Shown: positions 53,553 to 62,919 of the stretch, in pieces
How positions within the stretch are numbered: the stretch's first letter is position 1
Layout of the letters: each line of letters opens with the position of its first letter
DNA from: Verrucomicrobiia bacterium
GTDB lineage: Bacteria > Verrucomicrobiota > Verrucomicrobiia > Limisphaerales > UBA11358
Length of the DNA: 63,668 nucleotides
Assembly (NCBI GenBank): GCA_036498725.1
Contig: DASYEY010000153.1
Span: 1-63,668, forward strand
Direction of reading: 5' to 3'
Translations under genes and position numbers: made by a program
The notes under the pieces: model-generated
Databases searched by the model: none
Told to the model about the DNA's origin: nothing
What the model saw: the letters and a program-made list of their open reading frames with translations, nothing else

Positions 53553-54320
53553 ATGATGACCTCAACGCACGGCCATGCTCTATACCCACCTGTTCGTTTA
53601 TGGTTGATCAGTTTACTGGCGGTGATGTTTTTTTCTGGATGCGGCAAGCCCGTTTCGCAAGCCTCCAAGCCCTCCAATACCAACGCCGAACCAGTCGCAA
53701 CCCTTGATACCAACCCAACTGCAAATCTGGCTGAACCCGTCCCGGGAAAGGATGGAAAAGTTTGTTTTGCTTGCCAAGGAACGGGTGTGGTCAAATGCAC
53801 GGCGCCTGGCTGTGTGGATGGCAAGGTGGACTGCCCCGGTCCGTGTTTGAAGTTGTCTCATGGCACTTGGGTTCATTTGAATGTTGCCGGCCATTCGCCA
53901 ACCGATTTATGGCAGAAATTTTATTTGCCCAATGGCAGTTACGATGCATACAGCCAGGCCCATGTCGGCCATGTGATCGTGATGCAAAATGGCCATGCCG
54001 TGGATACCGGCCCATGCAAAATCTGTGGCGGCACCGGCAAAGTGGACTGCAGCGTCTGCAAAGGCACCGGTGAAGTGGCTTGTCCGATTTGCGACGGGAA
54101 AAAATACGTGCCTGTCTCCTGGACGCCAACGGACAATCCCTGGCTTAATGCCCAGTCTGATTTAATCCGATTGGCATCCGGGCAAGTATTGTTTGGAAAA
54201 GCCATTTATACCAATGGCAACGGTACGGACATCACGATCAAAACTCGCGACGGACGGTTTATGCACGTACCAGCCTCTGACCTTGGACTCAAAGGCACAA
54301 ACATTTCCAAGCCACTTTGA
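53553..54320 (+). CDS. lipoprotein with four DnaJ-type CxxCxGxG zinc-finger motifs (hypothetical)
   Basis: ATG 53553 within track ORF 53526..54320. Lipobox LLAVMFFSGC. Motifs CFACQGTG, CKICGGTG, CSVCKGTG, CPICDGKK. Confidence 0.6.
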   Translation: MMTSTHGHALYPPVRLWLISLLAVMFFSGCGKPVSQASKPSNTNAEPVATLDTNPTANLAEPVPGKDGKVCFACQGTGVVKCTAPGCVDGKVDCPGPCLKLSHGTWVHLNVAGHSPTDLWQKFYLPNGSYDAYSQAHVGHVIVMQNGHAVDTGPCKICGGTGKVDCSVCKGTGEVACPICDGKKYVPVSWTPTDNPWLNAQSDLIRLASGQVLFGKAIYTNGNGTDITIKTRDGRFMHVPASDLGLKGTNISKPL

Positions 54321-54376
54321 TCAAGTAAGTTTCTTAGAATTGTCACCATCAATGCCTGCCACTTCTTTATGGTTCA

Positions 54377-54901
54377 TTAGAACAAATCCGGTTGCTGGAG
54401 TGTCCGGCCAGCAGCGGGATTTTTCAAAATAGCCAGCGCGGCTTGTCGTTCCGCGCGGGAATGATGCTGTTTTAACTTTGCGATTTCCCGATTGGCCAGG
54501 CCATCGCAACGCTCGTTGTCAGCGTTGCCAGCATGGCCTTTTACCCATTTCCACGTCACGCGATGTTGCGCCACCAGTTGATCCAGTTGCTGCCACAAAT
54601 CCACATTTTTGACCGGCTCCTTCGCGGCGGTTACCCAGCCCTTACGCTTCCAGCCGCTGATCCATTGGGTGATGCCGTTTTTTAGATATTGCGAATCAGT
54701 GTAGAGGCAAACCTCACTGGGCGAATCCAACGTCGCCAGCGATTCGATGGCGGCGCGCATCTCCATGCGGTTATTGGTTGTCACTAATTCGCCGCCGGAA
54801 ATTTCCCGTACTGAATCACCCGACCGGATCACCGCACCCCAGCCGCCAGGTCCGGGATTCCCTTTGCAACCGCCATCGGTATAAATAATTATGGCCTTCA
54901 T
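54377..54901 (-). CDS. rnhA: ribonuclease HI with ~35-aa C-terminal extension
   Basis: ATG 54901 ([25 protein letters not shown]). [40 protein letters not shown]. The start overlaps the upstream gene's stop (ATGA). Confidence 0.85.
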   Translation of the reverse strand: MKAIIIYTDGGCKGNPGPGGWGAVIRSGDSVREISGGELVTTNNRMEMRAAIESLATLDSPSEVCLYTDSQYLKNGITQWISGWKRKGWVTAAKEPVKNVDLWQQLDQLVAQHRVTWKWVKGHAGNADNERCDGLANREIAKLKQHHSRAERQAALAILKNPAAGRTLQQPDLF

Positions 54902-55620
54902 CCGGCGCGTTTGGCTCCCGGCACCCAACTGCTGGGTGCAAGGATACGGTCAAAAATCATGATCTTCTGCCAGATTTTCCGGGATAATCCATTGGTGAGA
55001 TTTTCAATTTCATTCACGGCAGCCAGCGTCACTGAGTCGTTAAAATTCTGCACATAAAGCGCGGAAATCTTGCTGAGCAACGCGAGCAGGTCGCTGCAAT
55101 AGTCCAGATAGCGGATCAACTCCGCCGGATTTTGCGGGCGCCGCGCCGCTGTGGCCGGCGCTTCCGAAATGCGTTCGGGATCCTTGGTAAGCTGGTGCAT
55201 GTCAATGATGTGGGCCAGCGCCCGCAATTCATGGATGGCCTTCAGCGCCCGCCGCCGTTTCGATCGTGTTTCCAGCGTGATGAAAAAGAAAGCGGCGGCG
55301 CCGATGAACACGACTTCATTGATCGCCGCATCCAAGCCTTGCAAAAATTCCCCGATGCTGCTGACGCTCATCTGCACGTGGACATGCAAGGCTACGCTGG
55401 CAACAATCATTACGATGGAAGCAATGCCAATGCCCGCCAGCGTGCGCAATGGCAGATGTGGTTTGGCCAGCCAGTCCGCCAATCCAGCCGCCTGTTCACT
55501 TACGCTCAGGATTTCTCCGGCAACCTTGCTCAAGCCTGAATTGGCAAACCGTTCCGTGATGTGCGCCTGCGTTGTGCGGCAGGTCTGCACGATCAAACTG
55601 GCATCAAGGCTGCGGTACAT
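54898..55620 (-). CDS. hypothetical membrane protein (two TM helices)
   Basis: 240 aa. TM helices [20 protein letters not shown] and [14 protein letters not shown], then a charged helical C-terminal domain. It lies between manC and rnhA. Confidence 0.5.
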   Translation of the reverse strand: MYRSLDASLIVQTCRTTQAHITERFANSGLSKVAGEILSVSEQAAGLADWLAKPHLPLRTLAGIGIASIVMIVASVALHVHVQMSVSSIGEFLQGLDAAINEVVFIGAAAFFFITLETRSKRRRALKAIHELRALAHIIDMHQLTKDPERISEAPATAARRPQNPAELIRYLDYCSDLLALLSKISALYVQNFNDSVTLAAVNEIENLTNGLSRKIWQKIMIFDRILAPSSWVPGAKRAG

Positions 55621-55635
55621 GGCAGGCGCGTTGGC

Positions 55636-56772
55636 TTAGGTCAACTTCTTCAATTTTGCATCTTCGCTCAATTTTTTGACCAATTCCTTGATCTTTTGCG
55701 CCTGCGATTTGTGCGCGAGCAACACGGCGTCGTCGGTTTGTACCAGAATTGAATCACGCAACCCGACCACGGCGATCGGTGTGCGATTCTTGGTGCGTGC
55801 GTCATAGATAATGTTGCGCGCGGCATCCACGTGGATGAAATCTGCCATCGCGGCATTGCCTTCCGCATCCTGTTTCAGGTGGCGCGACAACGCCGGCCAC
55901 GCACCAAGGTCATCCCACTCGAACGCGCCGTCGGCGATAATTACGTTTTGCGCCTTTTCCATCAGCGCATAATCAATCGAGATTTTCTTCACTTCGGGAT
56001 ATTCCTTCGCCAAAACTTTTGTGAGTTTCGCGGGATTGTTGGCGACTTTAAACCAGCGCTGGCACGCGGCAAACATTTCCGGTTGATGCTTCTCCAACCC
56101 GTTGGTGACGGTGATGAAGCTCCATACAAACATCCCTGCGTTCCAACGATATTGTCCGCTGTTGACGTATTCCAGCGCCGTGTCGAAATTCGGTTTCTCG
56201 ACGAAACGTTCCGCCTTGAAAAATGTTGTTTTCGTTTTCTTCCCGCCGCTCGGCGCCGGCAATTCCGCGCCAGTCTGGATATAACCATAGCCCGTTGCCG
56301 GTTCATTCGGTTTGATGCCGATGGTTACAATCGCCTGGCCCTGGGCGGCAACGTCGAACGCATCGCCCAGAACCTGTTGAAATTTTTTTGCATTGGGGAT
56401 GACGTGGTCAGCCGGCAGCACCGCCATTACGCCCGTCGTGGAACGAGCGCCCACGAGGGCTGCCCCCAGTGTCACGGCGGCGCAGGTGTCGCGTCCCATG
56501 GGCTCGGCGACGACGTTGTCCTTCGGCAATTTCGGCAACTGTTTTCGCACCTCCGGCGCTTGCGCAGTATTGGTGATGATGAAAATATTTTTTAGCGGCA
56601 CGAGCGGCAGCACGCGTTCGACGGCTTCCTGCAAAAATGATTTTTTGCCGAGGATGGCCAGTAGCTGCTTGGGCGTTTTCTCGCGGCTCAACGGCCAGAA
56701 ACGCTCGCCGCGTCCCCCGGCCATGATGATGACGAAACGGTCTTTGATGGTAGTCTTTGCTTTAGCGTTCAT
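55636..56772 (-). CDS. manC: mannose-1-phosphate guanylyltransferase
   Basis: ATG 56772 (the track begins at TTG 56787). FVIIMAGGRGERFWPLSREKTPKQLL, VLPADHVI, YGYIQ. Confidence 0.8.
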   Translation of the reverse strand: MNAKAKTTIKDRFVIIMAGGRGERFWPLSREKTPKQLLAILGKKSFLQEAVERVLPLVPLKNIFIITNTAQAPEVRKQLPKLPKDNVVAEPMGRDTCAAVTLGAALVGARSTTGVMAVLPADHVIPNAKKFQQVLGDAFDVAAQGQAIVTIGIKPNEPATGYGYIQTGAELPAPSGGKKTKTTFFKAERFVEKPNFDTALEYVNSGQYRWNAGMFVWSFITVTNGLEKHQPEMFAACQRWFKVANNPAKLTKVLAKEYPEVKKISIDYALMEKAQNVIIADGAFEWDDLGAWPALSRHLKQDAEGNAAMADFIHVDAARNIIYDARTKNRTPIAVVGLRDSILVQTDDAVLLAHKSQAQKIKELVKKLSEDAKLKKLT

Positions 56773-56875
56773 AATTTTTAGCCGCAATTAGATCCTGATA
56801 AAACGTAGATTAAAGGCCAGACAGGCATTTTCCAACGTTGAAATCCAACGCCATCGGGCGCGGCTCAAACGATTT

Positions 56876-58033
56876 TTACAGGTTTAATTTCTTCAGTGCC
56901 TCATCGGTTGGAAACACACTTTGGATTGCTTTTGCCATGGCACTGTAACTGGGATCAAAATTCGCCTGTTGGGTCTCGCCGTTGTATTTTACTTCGAGGA
57001 TTTTGCACTGATAACACAAATCAAAATCCACCGTGTTGCCTTTGCCGGTAAAGCGCAGGTGGACGCCATAGTCTGGGCTACACCGTTTTAGGTAACCCCA
57101 GCCATATGAATTAAAATCTGCAAGGACGTCTGAAAAGGTTTTGACAGCCGCTGGGGATAGTTTGATCACCGATGTGCGGCGAACTTTTGGAATTGAGTTG
57201 CCTTGTTCATCAAAATCCGGAGTAAGCAACCACGCCTCAACTGTGTCTGGATGCGTAACGATTTCATAAGCCATTTTTCCGCCGACCAGGTTTTCAACGA
57301 AATGTTTTGGTGGCGGCAACGGGCCGAGCAGTTCGGCGGCATTGGTCAGTACCAGTGCCGGACTGGTGAACAATGCCCCATCGCGAACATCCAACTCGAG
57401 CAGTTCTTTCGTCGTTCCTAAAATTTCAACATAGACCGGGCTATATTTACTCGGCGGACGATGTGGCATGGGGCGTCCAGACGCTTGAACTCGTTTGCGC
57501 AACATCGCGTTGGCCGGGTCTTCCCCCCAACCCATCATGAATAAAGGCACAACCAGAATATTGTTTGCACCGATAATTCGTTGCCCTTTAGGGTCGCGAC
57601 CACGCCCGATCAACTGGAATATGTCCGGCGGCGAGGTTTTTTCCAGCCCGGCCAAATTTACCGAAAGTGAGGTAAGCCATTGCCGGGCCAATTGGCAGGC
57701 GCTGTTGGTGTCCAGCAATGATGGGCGGCTGGCGAGTTCGAGGACGTTTTCAACTGGCGGTGAAATTTTTTTGAACCAGTCCAGTTTCTGGATGGAGCAA
57801 AGCCGTCCCTGGCTAAATTCAAAGGAGTAGTTGGCGGCAAAAATGGCTCCGCCAACTCCTTCCGGTGGCGGATTTACTTCCCATTTATTGGTATCAGCCG
57901 GAACCGTGATGGGCAAAGGCTCGTTTAACTGCAATTGCTTTGCGGCAAAATTGGCCTGGCTGACCATCAATTGCAAGGCGGCGGCTTGATAAGCCGCCGT
58001 CGTATGGAGCATGGCAACGATGTTCGTGATCAT
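56876..58033 (-). CDS. hypothetical protein (385 aa), translationally adjacent to trpA
   Basis: Long ORF with plausible composition. Its start is 2 nt after the trpA stop. No recognisable domain. It looks more AT-rich than its flanks by eye. Confidence 0.5.
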   Translation of the reverse strand: MITNIVAMLHTTAAYQAAALQLMVSQANFAAKQLQLNEPLPITVPADTNKWEVNPPPEGVGGAIFAANYSFEFSQGRLCSIQKLDWFKKISPPVENVLELASRPSLLDTNSACQLARQWLTSLSVNLAGLEKTSPPDIFQLIGRGRDPKGQRIIGANNILVVPLFMMGWGEDPANAMLRKRVQASGRPMPHRPPSKYSPVYVEILGTTKELLELDVRDGALFTSPALVLTNAAELLGPLPPPKHFVENLVGGKMAYEIVTHPDTVEAWLLTPDFDEQGNSIPKVRRTSVIKLSPAAVKTFSDVLADFNSYGWGYLKRCSPDYGVHLRFTGKGNTVDFDLCYQCKILEVKYNGETQQANFDPSYSAMAKAIQSVFPTDEALKKLNL

Positions 58034-58035
58034 GG

Positions 58036-58836
58036 CTAAATGGTCTTCACCGCATCTGCCAGCGACTTTACAAACGCGCCAACTTTGGCCACGAGTTCCG
58101 GCGATTTTCCGTTTTCCGCAATTTGATTCACGATCGCGCTGCCCACGACCACTGCATCCGCTTCCGAGGCGACGAGCTTCGCCTGTTCGGGATTGGAGAC
58201 ACCGAAGCCGACGGCGATCGGTAGAGTTGTATGCGAACGGAGCTTCGCAACCTGCGAGGCAAGGTTGGTGGCGATTTGCGATTGCATGCCGGTCACGCCT
58301 TCCCGTGAGATGTAATAGATAAAACCCGCGCCACGCTTGACGATGAGCGCCATGCGATCGTCCGGTGTGGTCGGAGCGACGAGGTAGATGTGGCAGAGGC
58401 TGTTTTTCTTCATCAACGCTTCGTAATTGTCGGACTCCTCTGGTGGCAAATCGAGCACGAGCAAGCCGTCCACTCCTGCTTGCGCACAGTCGGCAATGAA
58501 CTTTTCCATGCCGACCTTGTGGATGAGGTTGAAATAGATATAGAGAACGATGGGAACCTGTGATTGTTTGCGAATATCAGTGACGGTCGCCAAAACTTTT
58601 GGCGGGGTGGTTTTTGATTCCAAACCACGTTGCGCCGCCAACTGGTTCACCAAGCCGTCGGCCAGTGGATCGCTGAATGGCACGCCGAGTTCCACCACGG
58701 CGACGCCGGCTTGATCAAAAGCCAGCGTGAGGTCATGGGTGGCTTGCAGATTCGGGTCCCCCGCGCCGATATAGACGACGAGTCCTTTTTTGCGGTCCCG
58801 TTTCAGTTGGGTGAAACGTGCTTCAATGCGATTCAT
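58036..58836 (-). CDS. trpA: tryptophan synthase alpha chain
   Basis: ATG 58836 (MNRIEARFTQLKRDRKKGLVVYI). ELGVPFSDPLADG, YISREGVTGMQ, PIAVGFGVS. No trpB gene is adjacent. Confidence 0.9.
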   Translation of the reverse strand: MNRIEARFTQLKRDRKKGLVVYIGAGDPNLQATHDLTLAFDQAGVAVVELGVPFSDPLADGLVNQLAAQRGLESKTTPPKVLATVTDIRKQSQVPIVLYIYFNLIHKVGMEKFIADCAQAGVDGLLVLDLPPEESDNYEALMKKNSLCHIYLVAPTTPDDRMALIVKRGAGFIYYISREGVTGMQSQIATNLASQVAKLRSHTTLPIAVGFGVSNPEQAKLVASEADAVVVGSAIVNQIAENGKSPELVAKVGAFVKSLADAVKTI

Positions 58837-58884
58837 TCCGGGTAGTTTCAAGTTTCAGGTGGCAAGTTTCAAGTTCCGAAAATA

Positions 58885-58950
58885 TCGCGCGAAGAACGCG
58901 AAGTTGGCGAAGAGGGCAATTCTCTTCGTTGCCGCCACGTTATTCGCGCG
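58885..58950. repeat. imperfect palindrome ATCGCGCGAAGAACG...CGTTATTCGCGCGAT, preceded by AGTTTCAAGTTTCAGG / CAAGTTTCAAGTT direct repeats (58844-58877)
   Basis: The arms match at 23 of 31 positions. It lies in the divergent region between trpA and the serpin gene. Confidence 0.45.
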
Positions 58951-59020
58951 ATTCGATGCCAGATTTACATTGCTTCACCAACGGCAACGGACTAGAACAC
59001 GAGAATAAATTTAGACGACC

Positions 59021-60214
59021 ATGAAAACAAAACTGCTTTGTCTTCTCCTTTTGACTTCAGGCATGTCGGCCACCATGGCTGAGGGAGCCAAGGTGGCGGC
59101 GGCGGATAATGTCTTTGCCTTCAAGCTACTCAAACAAATCGCGCAGGAAGAGCCGGCAAAAAACATTTTTATTTCGCCATACAGTGCGGCGGCGGTTTTG
59201 CAAATGGCAGCCAATGGCGCCGCCGGCTCGACGAAAACGGAAATGCAAGCCGCTTTGGGTACAACGAAGCTCACCGATGGCGACGTAAATGCCGGCAACC
59301 GGGAAATTATCCATGACTTGAACGCGGATAACACAAATGTGGTTTTGAACACGGCCAATGCGATTTGGGTGCAAAAGGGCTTTTTGGTGAAGCCGGATTT
59401 TATCGCGACGAACCAAAGTTTTTTTGACGCGACCATTGGCGATCTGGATTTCACCAGCCAACAATCGGTGGAGGTCATTAACCAGTGGGCGAGCGAGAAA
59501 ACGCACGGTAAAATCCCCAGCTTCTTAAGTCAACCACCGGGCGAAGCCATGCGTTTGTTATTGGCCAACGCGGTTTATTTTAAAGGCAAATGGGCCGACC
59601 CATTTGAGGCGAAAGACACACACGATGAGCCGTTTTATCTGCGCGATGGCAGTCAGAAAACAGTGCCGTTGATGCGAAAGACCAAAACGTTCACCTATCG
59701 CCGCGGCACGGGTTATCAGGCAGTGCGTTTGCCGTATCAGGATGAAAACTTGGCGATGTATGTTTTCCTGCCCGACACTAATTCCAGTCCGGAAAAATTG
59801 CTGGCCATCATGAGCGGCGATACCTGGCAGCGTATTACGAAACCGGGATTTAACGAAAAAAAAGGCACGCTGGAATTGCCGCGGTTCAAACTGGATTACA
59901 GTGTGATATTGAACCAGTCGCTGCAAGCGCTTGGCATGAAATTAGCCTTTGGCCCGGGGAAGGCAGACTTTTCGGGTATCGCGTCGTCTATGGCTCAGCT
60001 TTACATTTCGAAAGTACTGCAAAAAACGTTTGTCGAAGTGAAAGAAGAAGGTACGGAAGCAGCGGCGGTGACGGGAATATTTGCCCTTTCAGCCGGCATC
60101 GAAATGCCGCCGACTGATCCATTTACCATGATTGTGAACCGGCCTTTTCTGTTTTTGATTGAAGACAATAAAACAGGGGCAATTCTGTTCATGGGCGTCA
60201 TGTTCAATCCATAG
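59021..60214 (+). CDS. secreted serpin (serine protease inhibitor)
   Basis: 397 aa. Signal peptide MKTKLLCLLLLTSGMSATMA. Serpin core (NIFISPYSAAAVLQMAANGA, NAVYFKGKWADPF), hinge EEGTEAAAVTG, C-terminal FTMIVNRPFLFLIEDNKTGAILFMGVMFNP. Confidence 0.85.
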   Translation: MKTKLLCLLLLTSGMSATMAEGAKVAAADNVFAFKLLKQIAQEEPAKNIFISPYSAAAVLQMAANGAAGSTKTEMQAALGTTKLTDGDVNAGNREIIHDLNADNTNVVLNTANAIWVQKGFLVKPDFIATNQSFFDATIGDLDFTSQQSVEVINQWASEKTHGKIPSFLSQPPGEAMRLLLANAVYFKGKWADPFEAKDTHDEPFYLRDGSQKTVPLMRKTKTFTYRRGTGYQAVRLPYQDENLAMYVFLPDTNSSPEKLLAIMSGDTWQRITKPGFNEKKGTLELPRFKLDYSVILNQSLQALGMKLAFGPGKADFSGIASSMAQLYISKVLQKTFVEVKEEGTEAAAVTGIFALSAGIEMPPTDPFTMIVNRPFLFLIEDNKTGAILFMGVMFNP

Positions 60215-60259
60215 TCAAATCAATTTTAAACCGCTAACCGACGCTTATATAATGGGCAC

Positions 60260-60290
60260 GGCAAAGCGGCAGCTTTGCCCTACTATTTTT
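60260..60290 (+). terminator. candidate rho-independent terminator of the serpin gene
   Basis: 8-bp stem GGCAAAGC (60260-60267) / GCTTTGCC (60272-60279), GGCA loop, then ctactattttt. Confidence 0.45.
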
Positions 60291-60373
60291 AAGATGGCTT
60301 CTAGTGTCAATGAGCACAGGTTAGCGGTTAAATTCTTGTTTCCTGCTTGGCTTTTTTTCCGCATCATCCCTTT

Positions 60374-61456
60374 ATGGCAAGCAGTTTTGGACATTTATTC
60401 CGCATCACGACGTGGGGCGAATCCCATGGCGGGGGCGTTGGCGTCGTCGTGGACGGTTGCCCGCCACGCTTGAAACTTTCCGAGGCGGACATCCAGCCGG
60501 ACCTCGATCGTCGTCGTCCCGGACAATCCCGGATCGTCACGCCTCGCAAAGAATCCGATACGGTACAAATCCTTTCCGGTGTTTCCTCGACGGGCCGCAC
60601 CCTCGGCACGCCGATTTCCCTGTGGGTCAAGAACGAGGATCAACGTTCCGAGGCTTACAATGAGATGAAGGATAAATTTCGCCCGTCGCATGCGGATTAC
60701 ACATACTTCGCCAAATACGGCATTCGTGCGTGGCAGGGTGGCGGACGGGCCAGTGCCCGCGAAACGATCGGCCGGGTGGCGGCGGGGGCCATCGCCAAAA
60801 AAATTCTGCGCGAAAAATTCGGCGTTGAAACGCTGGCGTACGTAAAGCAGGTGCAAAAGATTTCTGCTGAGATCAACCCGGACACGGTCAAATTTTCTGA
60901 AGTAGAAGCCAATATCATCCGTTGCCCGAACCCGGTCGCCGCGGAAAAGATGATTCGCTTGATTGAAAAAATCCGGCGCGAAGGCAACACCGTTGGCGGT
61001 GTTATTGAAGGCATTGCGCGCGGTGTGCCGGTCGGTTGGGGCGAGCCGGTGTTCGACAAACTGGAGGCGGACCTGGCGAAAGCGATGCTGAGTTTGCCGG
61101 CGTGCAAAGGTTTCGAGAGTGGTTCCGGTTTTGCGGGCACGCTGTTGACCGGCCGCGAACATAACGATGCGTTTCGGGCGCGCAGCAAAAAAGTTTATAC
61201 GACCACCAACCGTTCCGGCGGTATCCAGGGCGGCATTTCCAATGGTGAAACGATCTTTTTCCGTGCGGCGTTCAAACCCGTGGCGACCGTTATGCACGAG
61301 CAAGACACGGTGGATGAGCAACTCACGAATACGACCTTGAAAGGCCGCGGACGTCATGATCCGTGCGTGTTGCCGCGCGCGGTGCCGATGATCGAGGCGA
61401 TGACCGCGCTGGTTTTGGTTGACCACGCATTGCGCCAGCGCGCACAGTGCGGTTGA
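60374..61456 (+). CDS. aroC: chorismate synthase
   Basis: ATG 60374 ([23 protein letters not shown]). [48 protein letters not shown]. Confidence 0.95.
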   Translation: MASSFGHLFRITTWGESHGGGVGVVVDGCPPRLKLSEADIQPDLDRRRPGQSRIVTPRKESDTVQILSGVSSTGRTLGTPISLWVKNEDQRSEAYNEMKDKFRPSHADYTYFAKYGIRAWQGGGRASARETIGRVAAGAIAKKILREKFGVETLAYVKQVQKISAEINPDTVKFSEVEANIIRCPNPVAAEKMIRLIEKIRREGNTVGGVIEGIARGVPVGWGEPVFDKLEADLAKAMLSLPACKGFESGSGFAGTLLTGREHNDAFRARSKKVYTTTNRSGGIQGGISNGETIFFRAAFKPVATVMHEQDTVDEQLTNTTLKGRGRHDPCVLPRAVPMIEAMTALVLVDHALRQRAQCG

Positions 61457-61505
61457 CATTTGTGCAGTAAAAGCGATTTTATTTCCATCACTTCATAACA
61501 AGATT

Positions 61506-62906
61506 ATGCCAGAAAAGACGATTAATGAGATTTCCGCCGACGCGCGTCGGTTGTTCACCAAGGCGACCGAAGCCGCGCAACGCGAGAATGCGGATTACGC
61601 CATCGCGCTATATTGCCAGATTTTGGAAAAGGAACCGGGCTTCATTGAATGCCGCCGTCTGCTCCGCGCGGAACAGCAGCAGAAAGCCGGTGCTGGTGGC
61701 GGCGGCTTTTTCAAGAAGATGATGAGCGGCGCCGGTTCTTCGCCGCAGATCGCGAAGGCAAAAATGATCATCAGCAAAAGCCCGGCGGAAGCCATGGCCG
61801 TGGCGGAACAGGTCTTGAACACGGACCCGAACAGCCTGGCCGCCTTGCGGATTGTGGCGGACGCGGCGATAGCACTGGAATTGCCGCAAACGTCGGCCTT
61901 CGCCCTGGAAACCATGGTGAAAATTTCGCCCAAGGACAAGGCACTGGTGATCGAATATTCCGAACGGCTTTCTGAAAGCGGTGGCGACACGCGCAATGGT
62001 GAACGGGCTTTGCAGGAATTGATCCGCACGAGCGGTTACGATAGCGACCTGAATCAGGCGTTGAAAAATCTTTCCGCCCGCACGACGATGGATGAAGGCG
62101 GTTACAATGCTGCAGCCACGGGCAAGGCCTCGTTCCGCGACATGTTGAAGAACAAGGACGAGGCGGTTTTGCTCGAACAACAAAACCGGATCGTGAAGAA
62201 TGAAAGCGTTGCCGACCGGCTCATCGGTGAGTATCAGACCCGGCTGCAGACGGAACCGAACAATCTCAAGATCATGCGTGAACTGGCCAAGCTTTACGCG
62301 GAAAAAAACCAGTTCCCTGAAGCCTTTGAGCTGTTCAATAAATTGAAAGCCTCTGATATGGCCAATGATCCGGCGCTCGACCGTGCCATCGGGGAAGCGA
62401 CCATCAAGCAATTCGACTTTCAGATATCGCAAATAAACCCGTTTGCCCCGGATCATGCGGAGCAGGTCGCCAAGCTTACGACAGACAAGCAGACCTTTCA
62501 GTTGGATGACTGCCAGAAGCGGGTGGAACGATATCCCACCGACCTCGCGTTGCGTTTTGAATTAGGGGTGCTTTATTTCCGCGTCGGCAAGTATGCCGAA
62601 GCCATCGCTGAATTGCAGAAAGCGCAGCAGAATCCGCACAAGAAACTTTCGGCAATGAACTATCTCGCGCAGTGCTACGCCAAGCGCAAGATGTATGATT
62701 TTGCGGCGCGCACTTTCCAGAACGCCATCAAGGAAAAGCCGACCTTCGACGAAGAAAAGAAGGAGTTGGTTTACAACCTCGGCCTGGCACTCGAGGCCAT
62801 GGGTAAAAAAGAGGAAGCCATTGAACAGTTCAAATTGCTCTATGAGCTGGACATCAGCTACAAAGACGTCGCGGCAAAGGTGGACGCCTATTACGCGGCC
62901 CAGTGA
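61506..62906 (+). CDS. TPR repeat protein
   Basis: ATG 61506 within track ORF 61419..62906. It contains multiple TPR-like repeats (ADYAIALYCQILEKEPG, LGVLYFRVGKYAEAIAELQKAQQ, NYLAQCYAKRKMYDFAARTFQNAIKEKP, YNLGLALEAMGKKEEAIEQFKLLYE). Confidence 0.7.
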   Translation: MPEKTINEISADARRLFTKATEAAQRENADYAIALYCQILEKEPGFIECRRLLRAEQQQKAGAGGGGFFKKMMSGAGSSPQIAKAKMIISKSPAEAMAVAEQVLNTDPNSLAALRIVADAAIALELPQTSAFALETMVKISPKDKALVIEYSERLSESGGDTRNGERALQELIRTSGYDSDLNQALKNLSARTTMDEGGYNAAATGKASFRDMLKNKDEAVLLEQQNRIVKNESVADRLIGEYQTRLQTEPNNLKIMRELAKLYAEKNQFPEAFELFNKLKASDMANDPALDRAIGEATIKQFDFQISQINPFAPDHAEQVAKLTTDKQTFQLDDCQKRVERYPTDLALRFELGVLYFRVGKYAEAIAELQKAQQNPHKKLSAMNYLAQCYAKRKMYDFAARTFQNAIKEKPTFDEEKKELVYNLGLALEAMGKKEEAIEQFKLLYELDISYKDVAAKVDAYYAAQ

Positions 62907-62919
62907 GAATCCAACGGCC

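Noticed and set aside
60229-60329. 11-bp perfect inverted repeat AACCGCTAACC / GGTTAGCGGTT enclosing ~79 nt, and a TATAAT at 60248-60253, between the serpin gene and aroC
   Set aside because: It could be a structured element. However, the inner hairpin is adequately explained as the serpin terminator, and a single 11-bp inverted repeat without other copies or covariation cannot be distinguished from chance.
60395-61459. 354-aa minus-strand ORF covering the whole of aroC
   Set aside because: It is the antisense frame of chorismate synthase and has Arg-rich junk composition. aroC itself has all family motifs.
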